A stretch of DNA of 62,940 nt, counting the filler, from Octopus bimaculoides (Eukaryota), in assembly GCF_001194135.2 (NCBI RefSeq). It is 4 parts of 4 records of this genome, joined end to end, with 100 filler letters (N's around TTAATTAATTAA, not from the genome) between each part and the next. Parts side by side here need not be neighbours in the genome. Positions count along the whole stretch, not along the records: positions 36,763 to 59,987 come from NC_069001.1; positions 60,088 to 62,940 come from NC_068981.1; 2 more parts are not named here. The stretch is one strand, 5' to 3'. Of this stretch, positions 51,002-62,557 are shown piece after piece; position 1 is the stretch's first letter, and every line of letters begins with the position of its first letter. Below the pieces are notes generated by a model. It worked only from the letters and a program-made list of their open reading frames with translations, was not told the DNA's origin and did not search any database. A program made the position numbers and the translations under genes.

Positions 51002-51483
51002 ATAGGAAAGTCCAAAGAAGGGAAGATGGGGGAAGAAAAAAATCGCCAATGATATCCACAAAGTTACATTGTATATATACATAGACAAATTAATTGGTGA
51101 TAGAGTTGCTGATGTAAAAGTTGAGCTATGTCCCATAGCAAATTATTATTTTGTTTTTATTATTATCTACAGATAACCTCTTCAGGGCGCAGATTTCAAA
51201 AATCAAATTCATTTTTCTCAAGGACACGGTTTCAGAGTTTTTCAACATCAAACACAAGTAACCACATACTCACATTTACATAATAATTCTATACATATCT
51301 ATTTATACCAATGTGTACATATCTGTGTATATGAATGTGTGTGTGTGTGTGTGTGTGTGTATGTATATATAAATACACACACACACACATTTACATAACA
51401 TGTATATCTCTACGTATCTAACCATATCAATGTGTACACATGTGTGTGTGTGTGTTTGTGTGTGTATATATATATATATATAT

Positions 51484-52352
51484 CAGTGCCCCTGGACTGG
51501 CTTGTGCGGGTGGCACATAAGACACCATTTCGAGCGTGGCCGTTTTCGTGCGGGTGACACGTAAAAGCACCCACTACACTCTCTGAGTGGTTGGCGTTAG
51601 GAAGGGCATCCAGCTGTAGAAACTCTGCCAAATTAGACTGGAGCCTGGTGTTGCCATCCGGTTTCACCAGTCCTCAGTCAAATCGTCCAACCCATGCTAG
51701 CATGGAAAGCGGACGTTAAACGATGTTGATGATGATGATGATGATGATATATATGGGCAAAATTCAGAGAGCTCCTACCTCTGTTGGTGACAAAAGGCCT
51801 CTCGCTCAGAGTGAAAGGTAGACTGTATGACGCATGTGTGCAAACAGCCATGCTACATGGCAGTGAAACATGGGCTGTGACAGCTGAGGACACACGTAAG
51901 CTTGCAAGGAACGAAGATAGTATGCTCTGATGGATGAGTAATGTCAGTGTGCATACACAACAGAGTGTAAGCGTCCTGAGAGCATCAGATGTGGTGTACA
52001 AGAGAGACGACTGCACTGGTATGGCCAGCACCCATGCCGGTGGCACGTAAAAAGCACCATTCAAGCGTGATCGTTGCCAGTTCTGCCTGACTGGCTCCCA
52101 TGCTGGTGGCATATAAAAAGCACCATTCAAGTGTGGTCGATGCCAGTACCACCTGACTGGCCCTTGTTCCAGTTGCACATAAAAAGCACCCACTACACTC
52201 TCGGAGTGGTTTGTGTTAGGAAGGGCATCCAGTTGTAGAAACTCTGCCAGATCAGATTGGAGCCTGGTGCAGCCTTCTGGCTTGTCAACCCTCAGTCAAA
52301 TCATCCAACCCATGACAGCATGGAAAGTGTACGATAAATGGCGATGATGATG
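51484..52352 (+). mobile_element. Two tandem RTE 3' ends (51484-51748 UTR only; 51755-52352 RT fragment plus UTR)
   Basis: AKFRELLPLLVTKGLSLRVKGRLYDACVQTAMLHGSETWAVTAED; both end in GATGATG tails. Confidence 0.9.
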
Positions 52353-53688
52353 TACATATATATAATCATACATACACAAATATATGCATGGGCATGTGTG
52401 TGTGTGTGTAGATATATATATATATATATGCATGTGTGCATTTGTATATGGACATTTATAAAGTATATATGCATGTATGCATGCACTGAGTCAAAAGATG
52501 CTGGTTAGAAATATGGAGGATGTGAACCTTCTCACTGTGGGAGGCATGAAAAAGTGTTGTGTAACCATAACCAGTATGGCTGTGTCTGCTTCTGAAAGAC
52601 AGGCCTACTCAGCCACAAGTGTGGTCACAAAGGTGCCTTCTAACAACATCATATCCAGCACCTAGTGTAACAGAGTTTATGGGTCAGCCAGAAAACTTTC
52701 TCAGCACTTTAGGTCCCAACATCTAGATCAGTGGTTCTCGACCAGGCTTCATATGACCCTTGGGGCTCCATGCAAGTAAATTAGTAAATTGGGAACACCC
52801 AGTAGTATAATAAGGGTCCCTAAAAAAAATTGGATTTAAATGTATTTATTAGAAGAAACAGGTTTCTTTCTCTAACATTTTACATAGTTCAACATACACA
52901 AGTTAATGTGCGAAAAACAAAATAGGAATTTCGAAAGTATCTTTAAAACTTTCCTTAATTTAATGTTTTACTCAAAAGAGAGAAATGGCTCTGCTCTCAA
53001 TGACATGAGCCACAAACTACAAGAAAACATGGGTTTTGGGGGGCATTTGCTTTGCTTTCTTCAACAGCATAGTCTGATCATTTTTGAGTATTCTGAGACA
53101 AGTAAAAGAAATCAAGGACCAGAAAGCCAGGTCAAATGTTTGCATCAGAATGCAGTCTGCTAAAGCTGCTCAGGATCCACAGAGTAGTGTAAAATCAGGG
53201 AAAATTCTGAGGGATGATTTGGTATATTTTCTAGTTTAGGTTGTGGAAGGTTGGACACAGTTTGAATGGCAAGATGAACCTCAGTGGAGATGGCATGACC
53301 AGCTCCTGTAGTAACAGCAGTGGAAATGGCGAAAGCAGGAGGCAGCATGTCTATAGACATGAGGTCAATGTGTTCAGCAACTCCATGTCTGTCTTCAAAT
53401 TAAGAAATAAAAAAAAGATATGACCATCCCATCTTTTTGTTTATCCATAACTACATTATTATTCTAAGTGCTTTTTTTTCTACCCCACCACAGGAGTGAC
53501 TATTCAAGATATTTATACTCCTTAGGAGTATATACTGCACATCAAGAGTGGCTGCTCATAGAGAGATGTATACACTACAGGAATATATAACCCACCTCAT
53601 TCAAAACAAACAATTACATCATTGAAACTTTCAAAGATCTAAGATAATGCACAATTAATTCAAAACAAAGTAAATAAATGTTACTTAC

Positions 53689-53731
53689 ATTCGTCAGATA
53701 ATCTGAATGTTAAAGAGTTAACTAGTGCTGC
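53689..53731 (-). CDS. Candidate short internal exon (AALVNSLTFRLSDE)
   Basis: CTGATCAAAGCCTTCTCTAG| ... GAAT|GTAAGT, 43 nt, one open frame. Not recognised. Confidence 0.25.
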
Positions 53732-53842
53732 CTAGAGAAGGCTTTGATCAGAGATCTGCTAAAAACCATTTTGCCAAACACAAATTTTGATGGAGTTATT
53801 GTGTGTAAATGTTTGCATCTCATATCTTTAAAAAATGTTTAA

Positions 53843-54054
53843 CCCTTCAGCATTCCGATTACTCTGTCAAATGCAATATTCATTCACATGGGTTTGAATT
53901 AATCATGCATTATCTTTGTAGCTTTGAGATTTCAATGATGTGATTGTTTTGAATGACATTGTTAGGTAGGTGTGAGAAACCAGATCTGGCCACTTTGCTC
54001 ATTAAATGGGAAGACAATTTTGGGCCAGATATGGCCAGTTTAAATACTGAAGGG
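53843..54054. mobile_element. piggyBac-type MITE (212 bp) with TTAA target-site duplication
   Basis: TTAA|CCCTTCAGCATT ... AATACTGAAGGG|TTAA. Confidence 0.85.
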
Positions 54055-54339
54055 TTAAAGAAACTTATGTGTTGTATGTTGATAAATATAACTGATTTTT
54101 GTACCATTTTCTTGGCATTGTATCTCAAATCGGAAATAGCGGGAAGTCTTGAAATGTTAAATCAAAACAAAAAATAATGGGTGGGTTACATTTTAGAATG
54201 ATTCTTTTCTCTACAATGAGAAATATCTTGATCTTATCAGTTTTAATTAATATTTTCTAGTTGGGGATTGATTGTTCTATGAGTAAGGAAAAAAAAGGAA
54301 AAATTCTAAAAACAATACTTGAGGAGATATTTATATAGA

Positions 54340-54745
54340 GAGGTACATGTGTGGCTGAGTGGTTAAGGAATTTACTTCCTAACCATGTGGTCTTGCGTTC
54401 AGTTCCACTGCATGGCACCTTGGGCAAGTGTATTTTACTATATCCACTAGGCAGCAAAAGTAGTGCAAGTGGATCCAGTAGAAGAAAACTGAAAAGAAGC
54501 CTGTCATATGTATGTGTGTGTACCCTTGTCTGGACATCACATGATAGTTACAAACAAGCATCATCATACAAGTAGGGGTGTTCTTTTTCAGTCTGCCGTG
54601 TAAAACGTGTCTGGCAACAGGGAAAATAATACCTTGCTTGGAAACAGGTAAGGGTTGGACGCAGGTAGAGCATCCTTCTGAAGAAAATCTGCCTCGAATT
54701 CCCTCCGACTCATGTAAGCATGGAAAAATGGATGTTAAATGAAAA
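54340..54745 (+). mobile_element. First-family SINE head joined to an RTE-like 3' tail
   Basis: Head GTGGCTGAGTGGTTAAG..GCACCTTGGGCAAGTG; tail GGTTGG..AGAGCATCC..GAAAATCTGCC..AGCATGGAAAAATGGATGTTAAATG. Confidence 0.75.
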
Positions 54746-54971
54746 TGCAGAAGAGAGACAATGAAAGACTAGTAACCTTTTTAATACTTAATATTTTTTT
54801 CTTTAATTGATAGGAGTAAGAAAATAAGCAAATTTTCACATTTAAATATTTATTTTGCAAAATTCATGATGTGAAATCTTATGCTGAAACAGATATTGTT
54901 ATGCTTGGAGATGGACTTTTTTTTTCTTTTGAAATAACTACACACATTATATAGTTGTTCTTCACTTAAGC

Positions 54972-55003
<32 letters not shown>

Positions 55004-55199
55004 CATCATTATTATTATTATTTTAGTGAGCAATGAGTAAATAAAATCCTTTAATTATACATCACACTTGGGGACACTAGTGTTCCTCTTAAAAAAATGG
55101 GCATCCCAAAGTTGTAGCACAAGCAATAGTCTCTCAGTTTGGTTGCCACTACCTTAATGCTTGTCTCTTGTGAGGATATTAAGCCTTTACTAGTGAAGG

Positions 55200-55500
55200 T
55201 GCATGACTTAGGGGTTAAGGTATTCGGCTCACGATCATAAGTTCAATTATCGGTGGAGCATTGTGGCCTTCAGCAAGACACTTTATTTCTCATTGCTCCA
55301 GTCCACTCAGCTGGCAAGAATTAGTACCTGTAATTCAAAGGGTTGGCCTTGTCACATTGTGTCACACTCAATCTCCCTGATAACTACGTTAAGGGTACAC
55401 ATGTCTGCAGAGTACTCAACCACTTGCATGTTTATATCACAAGCAGGCTGTTCCATTGACCAGATCAATAGGAACTCTCATCGTAACTAACAGAGTTCCA
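55200..55500 (+). mobile_element. Second-family SINE, near full length
   Basis: GGTTAAGGTATTCGGCTCACGATC head; AGCAAGACACTTT..TTGCTCCAGTCCACTCAGCTGG core. Confidence 0.8.
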
Positions 55501-55874
55501 GTAACTAGTGAAGGTGCATCTCAGACTATAAGGTTTGATGATCTCAGCAAACTATTCTCAGATTCCAATCAAACGTGAGCACCACAAAACCTGCACAGCC
55601 AGCATCTTGATTAAAACCATAGACCACATGTGGACACCATATAAAACTTAGTTCTGAACCAGAATTGTTATCATCAGCCATCTTCATACACGTAACCCAG
55701 TCGACCATGTAAATAAAGTCAGTCTTCATCTATTACCAATCGGTGAACACTAGAGTTTCCCATAAAGGTTTTAATGTGAAAAAAGTCAACGAACCTTAAA
55801 GTGGTTAACTTGCTAGAAATAACAGCCAAATCAAATCTCTTTAAAAAAATACACTACTTTCTTAGAATGATAGG

Positions 55875-56200
55875 CACAGACATGGCTGTGTGGTAAGAAG
55901 TTTGCTTCCCAATCAGTTCCATTGCATGGCATGGCACCTTGGGCAAGTATTTTCTGCTGTAGCCCTAGGCTGACCAAAGCCTTGTGCATGGATTTGCTAG
56001 ATGAAAAAGCTTGTCGTATATGTATGTGTCCCACTTGACACATACATATACTTGGTTTGTTTATATATAGTAACTTAGCAGTTCAGCAAAAGGATGAAAC
56101 AGAATAAGCACCAAACTTAAGTACTGGAGACAATTTGCTCAACTAGATAGTGCCCCAGCATAGCCGCAGTCCAACGACTAAAACAAGTAAAAGATACATT
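55875..56200 (+). mobile_element. First-family SINE (head, microsatellite, shared tail)
   Basis: GGCTGTGTGGTAAGAAGTTTGCTTCCCAA ... AACTTAGCAGTTCAGCAAAAG ... CCCCAGCATAGCCGCAGTC..ACAAGTAAAAGA. Confidence 0.8.
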
Positions 56201-56659
56201 AGAATAAAGCCATTATCATAACCCCATAGAAAAGATGAGTGAGATCGCTGTTGGAACACCAGTACGTCAACTAAACCAGATGATTTGAGTGAGAAAAGAG
56301 TTTGAAAAAACATCAACAAATTTTGAATTTCCCACCTTCATTTGCAATTTGAAAAGAAATATATTCCTGACTTGATCATGACCAAAGCACTCGCTCTAAG
56401 AAACGTTTTGGAAGCGTCTCAAAAATTTTTTTGAGGGCAGCCACTAGTTTCTTTTTGATTGAGTGTGCATGTCTCTTGTTTATTGACTAATTTGCTTTAT
56501 ATTTTTGTTCCTCTCAATGTTCTTACTGTTTACTCTCGTAATTACAAAGATACACATTTAGGTAGTAGAACCTAAAAGAGACCTTTTAAAAGTTAAAAAT
56601 GATACCAATTTTTTTCTTTCGCTTAAGCTTTACCAAGTAGTAGCTTAGGTATCATTATT

Positions 56660-57410
56660 ATTGTTGGCAAGCTGGCAGGATCACTACTAGCACGTTGGAC
56701 AAAATGTTTATTAGTATTTCATCAGTCTTAATGTTCTTAGTTCAAATGCCGCTGAGGTCGACTTTGCCTTTCATCCTGGAGTCGATGTAATCGACTTATT
56801 CCTCCCCACGAACTCGCTAGGGTGCCAGAACTTGAAATTATTATTGGAGGCTAACTGGCAAAATCATTAGCACACAAAATGCTTAATGGTATTTCGTCTG
56901 TCTTCATGTTCTGAGTTCCAGTTCCGCCAAGGTCGACTCCGCCTTTCATGGTGAATGAAATACATACAAGTTGAGGGCGGAGGTAAAGAATACGTACACC
57001 ACCCGTTTTCGTCGTAACAAAAACCCTAACGCTAAACACCGGGTGTACGTATTCTTTACTTTCGCCCAAGTTGAATACTGGAACGATGTAATCGAATAGT
57101 CCCACTTCCCCAAAAGTTTCAGGCCTTGTGTGTATAGAAGAAAAGATTATCATCATTATTATAGCGCCTGTAGCAAAAGAAAAGAAAATAAGATTGCGAG
57201 CTGGCAGACTCGATCCAGCGTCGGAAAAATGCCTTGTGCGATATTTGTTGCGATTTTCCGTTTTGAGTTTAAAAATCCCGCCGAGGTCAACCTTGACTTC
57301 TATCTTTTCGATAAAATAAAGAACCAGTCTGATACTGAGGTCGAGGATGTTGACTAACTACTTTGCCGCTCAAAACTGCTGCTTTTTGTACCCAAATAAG
57401 AAATTGTTAC
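56660..57410 (+). mobile_element. Three third-family SINE copies in tandem (about 56660, 56850, 57190)
   Basis: Each begins (G)CGAGCTGGCAG/CTGGCAAAATC and contains GTTC..CCGCC.AGGTCGAC. Confidence 0.8.
56975..57067. mobile_element. 93-bp micro-MITE with 26-bp TIRs and a 7-bp TSD (AAGTTGA), nested in a SINE
   Basis: AAGTTGA|GGGCGGAGGTAAAGAATACGTACACC ... GGTGTACGTATTCTTTACTTTCGCCC|AAGTTGA. Confidence 0.85.
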
Positions 57411-57480
57411 AAATAATATTATTTGCAACACGGTAAACCTACACGAGTTTTGGGAGAGAGAAGTTTCCGATTCACACGAT

Positions 57481-57813
57481 TCGACTTTGTTTCCTCATAA
57501 CTTTCAGTAGAAAAAGCATTTGTCTTATTCAACTTTTCTACAGATTCCTTTCTGAATGCATCGATTCCGATTATATCGGAATCTAATATGAAATAATGAT
57601 AAACAATTGGTGGGCGCGCATACATACATACTGACACACATTACATTTTTTCAAAATTTCAAGTTTCAGTGTGTGTGTGTGTGTGTGTGTGCGCGTAATT
57701 TCTTTCACATTAAATTCCGACATCATTAGTAATCTACACCATCTGAAAATTAGTTGTAGAAAATCTTATTCAAAACATCCAATTTTCTGAAAGTTATAAG
57801 GAAACAAAGTCGA
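57481..57813. mobile_element. Foldback or MITE with 27-bp near-perfect inverted ends and weaker inner symmetry
   Basis: TCGACTTTGTTTCCTCATAACTTTCAG versus CTGAAAGTTATAAGGAAACAAAGTCGA (26 of 27 complementary). Confidence 0.7.
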
Positions 57814-59284
57814 TCAGATGGGGTAGTGGAGCACACTTGTGCAGATATACCTACAACAAAATCAGTCCTTAATCAGAAAATATCAGTTAAAAACAAGAGA
57901 GATTCTAGGATGTTAAACGGCCAGAGTTTGTTTGTTAGTGGTGGGTAGGAACAACGACCGAGTTGCTAAGGTGTACAGCGAGAAACAACAAGCACATGTT
58001 CAATGATATTCACTGCTGAATTAATGATCAACCACAACCACAGTAACGTCTATACAGTGATGATACTAGTATTATATTGAGAGGATTCTAATTACGTCAT
58101 GGATATATTTAAATTCAACAAAGAGCTGGGGGTTTTGTTGTGGTTGTTTTGTAATTTTTTTAATGACCTAAAGAAGAAGACAAGATAAAGAAATCTATTC
58201 CAACGTAATAAATGGTAAATTCTGGGAGTAATAAAGTAATGCGAGAATTCTAAGCAGTTTCGTCTATAGAAAATTCTGGGGAAAATAACACATACACACG
58301 TGTGTGTGTGCGCGTGTGTAAGACTCGCATGTGTATATATATATATATATATATTTTTCAAACATACATATAATACAAACATCTCTTTATGTATATCTAT
58401 ATATATATATATACACATACATACATACATACATACATACACATGTGTATAATTTTTCCAACAATCTTCTGTATTATCATTTACCTTCCTACACACAAAC
58501 ACAGATATACATGTGTGTGCCCGAGGTAGCTATTCGAAAATTCCGCCTGGTTGAATAAACCATTAAGAGCGATACCTGAGGACTCAGTCAATCAATATTA
58601 TCAGTATATTTCGCGATTTAAATATAGAAAGTCACACCGTCAGTAAATGATTTTGTTTCTCAACAAGTTGACCAAAAATACCGTGTGTGTGTGTGTGAAA
58701 AAAAAAGCACACTAAGTAGTATTAAGTCTAAGATATATGTAAATCTTTTTGACCCACGCCATCGCTACTCAGAGTTTGAGTCTTGAACTATATATATATA
58801 TTAGTTGCATACATATATTTGCACACACACACATTATATATATATATATTTTTATACACATAAAAAGAGGGCAAACGTATTGTTACAAACAGCAATCTTG
58901 TTGAGAGGAAAGACTATACATAGATGTATATTATACATTATATATATAAGTATATTATGTATATCTTCGTTCCACTTCCTTGACTACGCTATAAGGTTGA
59001 AGTTCTTGAATGGAAAAAAAATAATACAAATTCAAGGAATTCGACACTTATTTCTTCACTTCGATTATTCCAAGAAGATATATTTTATTGTAACTGAAAG
59101 AAAAATAACAATTTACTTTAAAATATAAAACTGGTTACTTACCAAATATTAATGTTTTAATAATTGCACCACATGGGTGAAATAAATCATTCACAAAGCA
59201 TACTTCGAAGAGAGAAGAAGCTCATTTGTGAATGAGCCATAAATATAGTTTTAATAAAATAAGTCAAAGCTCCATTTTCGTCAA

Positions 59285-59660
59285 GTGCGCTCTACCTTTT
59301 CTTTCTCTCTCTTTCCTTCGCCCATTCTATTTATCTTTCTCTATATTTCTCTTTAGTTCCCTCTATTTACCTCCCTTTATTCCCCTTCCTTCTTTCCTCA
59401 CTCTATCTTTCTCTTTACTTTTCTCTCTCTATTTATCTCCTTTTCTCTCTCTATTTATCTCCTTTTCTCTGTTTCTTTCTCGCTCTCTCATGTCTCTTTC
59501 TCCTTCTCCCTATTTCTTTCTGTGTCACTCTAATTCTCTCTTTCTATTTCCTCTCTCTTTATTTTCCTTACACCCGCTCAACTTGCAATAGTTACCTCCC
59601 TTATTATATACCTCTCTGATATTCATTCTTTGACTTTTCCTCCTCTCCCCACCTTTTCTG
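59285..59660. repeat. Polypyrimidine (CT-rich) low-complexity tract
   Basis: Directly visible. Confidence 0.9.
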
Positions 59661-60087
59661 AGAATTACCATTTTCATCTTTGGAACCGTTGTTGTAATAT
59701 AAAATTGATCACCCAGTATTTAACTGGTATTTCATTTTATAACCCCGAAAGTTGAACTCGGAATGATAATTTGGGCATAATTAAATCTAAATTACCATAT
59801 CGCAAGGCATCTCGGCTTTATGAAAACGGAGCGGGACAGTCTTGTAATATCGTAGTGTTTTTATCCTCAATTTTAATTGCTTTTGTTGTTTGGTCCCTAG
59901 TGAACATTAATCGAACAAGTGGTGTATAATGAAAAGCGTTCCAGCTGTGACCATCACGTTTTTCTTTCCAGACAGTGTATCTAGGACNNNNNNNNNNNNN
60001 NNNNNNNNNNNNNNNNNNNNNNNNNNNNNNNTTAATTAATTAANNNNNNNNNNNNNNNNNNNNNNNNNNNNNNNNNNNNNNNNNNNN

Positions 60088-60119
<32 letters not shown>

Positions 60120-60129
<10 letters not shown>

Positions 60130-60340
60130 GTGTTTGTATTTGTCCTCACGCCATCGCTTGACAACCGATGCTAGTGTGTTTACATCCCCGTAACTTAGCA
60201 GTTCGGCAAAAGTAAGAGATAGAATAAGTGCTAGACTTACAAAAAATAAGTCCTGGCGTTGACTTCATCGATTAAAATCCTTACAGGCGGTGCTCCAGCA
60301 TGGCTACTGTTAAATGACTGAAACAAGTAAAGGAATAGCA
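60120..60340 (+). mobile_element. Well-preserved tail of the first SINE family
   Basis: CATCGCTTGACAACCGATGCT..CCCCGTAACTTAGCAGTTCGGCAAAAG..GGCGGTGCTCCAGCATGGC..TGACTGAAACAAGTAAA. Confidence 0.85.
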
Positions 60341-60444
60341 ATCTGAAACTCAACTGGATTTGAACTCAGAATTTCTACATTCAAAAATACCTTTTGTAAT
60401 GAGTTTACCGTCCCACCTCATATGTATTTCTTTTATTTCCGAAT

Positions 60445-61110
60445 ATTGGTTTCAAATTTTTACACAAGGCCAGCAATTTTAGGAAAAGGGGCTAATCAAT
60501 TACATTGACCCCCTCTGCTCAACTGGAATTTATTTTAACGACCCCGAAAGGATGAAAGACAAAATCGACTTCAGCGGAATTTGAACTCAGAACATAAAGA
60601 CAGACGTAATACCGCTAGGCATTTTACCCTGCATGCTAACGATTCTTATTTCTTTATTGCCCACAAGGGGCTAAACATAGAGGGGACAAACAAGGACAGT
60701 CAAAGGGATTAAGTCGATTACATCGACTCCAGGGCGTAACTGGTACCTATTTAATCGATCCCGAAAGGATGAAAGGCAAAGTCGACCTCGGCGGAATTTG
60801 AACTCAGAACGTAGCGGCAGACGAAATACCGCTAAGCATTTCGCCCGGTGTGCTAACCACTCTGCCAGCTCACCGCCTTATTTGCCTCCAAATATTGCTT
60901 TAAAACTTTGCTACAAGACCAGCAATTTCGTAGAGAAAGGGTAAGCCGATTACATCGACCCTAGTGCTCAACTAGTACACAATTTATCGACCCCGACAGG
61001 ATAAAAAACAAAATCAACCTCGGCGGAGTTTGAACTCAGACCGTAAAGACGGACGAAACGCCGCTAAGCATTTCTTCTGGCCTGCTAACTATTCTGCCTG
61101 CTCTCCGCCT
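60445..61110 (-). mobile_element. Three third-family SINE copies in tandem
   Basis: Three repeats of CCCCGA.AGGAT.AAA..CAAA.TC.AC.TC.GCGGA.TTTGAACTCAGA..CCGCTA.GCATTT..GCTAAC. Confidence 0.9.
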
Positions 61111-61622
61111 TTGTTTTTTCTTTATCCAAATATTAACTGCTAAAATAACTTTCCATAGTGAAAGAAGTAACATGTTTCCTTTCATCGTTTGATACAAGAC
61201 ACCTCGCTTTATTTCCAACCAAATTCTTACTTCCTGTAAGCAGCTAATTAAAACACTGGAGTTTATTTTTCTTGAAATGTTTCTTTATTTTTACTTCCTT
61301 TGGTAGGAGGAAACTTGTCCGTTGTTACCATCATTCACCAAACCGCAGATTATTTATACAGAATAATTAACCGGTACGTAACTCTTACAATTTTAACAAC
61401 TATTTATTTCTTAACATCGCCACAGACAAGACCACACAGTTTGTGAGAGGACGACGCGTTCGGTTAAATCGAAACCAGAATTTCGCTGAGATTTATTTTT
61501 ATCGAATCGGCTTTTCTCTCTAAAAAAGTAAATATCATAGGTTTATCACAGTTAATCCGCAGCCCGCCTTAACACCTCTACCACTATCTAGCACATAAAG
61601 GTCCGTTATTGGGGTCCTCTCA

Positions 61623-61858
61623 GTTGCAAGCATTTAGGCTTGGTCTCTAGTTTGATGATGCCAAAACTCCCTCCATTTTAGACTTTGAGACCATGTAAGG
61701 GGTTTATGGGTATTGCTTCGCCTCCTGACTAAAACAATTGCAAGCATTTAAGCTAGGTCTATAGCTTGATGATAATACCTAACTCCCTTCCCCCCTTCAG
61801 TATTTGAGACCCTGTAAAGGGTCTATTAGCATTGCCTCCAATCCCAACTAAAATACGA
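61623..61858. repeat. Diverged direct duplication of about 115-120 bp
   Basis: TTGCAAGCATTTA.GCT.GGTCT.TAG.TTGATGAT..AACTCCCT..TTTGAGACC.TGTAA.GGGT occurs twice. Confidence 0.85.
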
Positions 61859-61964
61859 TAAATCACGGCGGGAGTGGACCTAAGAACGTAGAGTAACGTA
61901 CCTAAACAGAGCAAAATGTTGTTCGGTGCTCCACCGATTCTAATATTTACCCGCCTTTATCAAC

Positions 61965-62140
61965 TTATAACCATTAATACTTATTAAACACTGGTTGTAC
62001 TTATAAATATTAACGCCTATTAAACACTGCTTGTGCTTAGAACCATTAGCACTAACCAAACACTGGTTATAATTATAACCATACTTATTAAACGTTGGTT
62101 ATATTTATAGTCATTAATACATTAAACACTAGTTAAATTT
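61965..62140. repeat. Degenerate minisatellite of about 36 bp, 5 units
   Basis: Recurrent TTATAACCATTAATAC.TATTAAACACTGGTT. Confidence 0.8.
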
Positions 62141-62476
62141 CGAAGTAATTAAAACCTGTCATAATTATACTGTAGTTAGTGTACTATCAGTTATTATTAT
62201 TATTTTTTTTTACTATAATCAAAGAAGGGAAAACAAACAGTGCGTATGTTTATTATTGGCATAATGACCCTCCCGATATACAACAAAATCTATTGCAACT
62301 CGAGCTCAGATTTAGAATATTGGAAACAAAATACAAAACGAAGTCTTGTTTAATAATTTATCTAAAAAGGAGAACTAATGCTTATAAACCCTCCGGGTTT
62401 TATTTGATAGCAGATTTAATTCGTCGCCCTGTTTAACACCATCATTAACACCATCATTAACACCATCATTAGTTAC

Positions 62477-62557
62477 CTTGGGTATCTTTGGTGAGGTTTG
62501 CACTGAAAGCATTCGAACCAAGACCTCGTCTCTCTTTTCCACTGGCCTCGCAAGGCC
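62477..62557 (-). CDS. Candidate 81-nt exon, open in all three frames, product unknown
   Basis: GATTCTTTTACAG|GG ... CAAG|GTAACT; GC-richer than flanks; symmetric length. Confidence 0.35.

Noticed and set aside
57419-57637. 72-aa minus-strand ORF with a GT donor as an exon
   Set aside because: It lies in the arm of the 57481-57813 inverted-repeat element.
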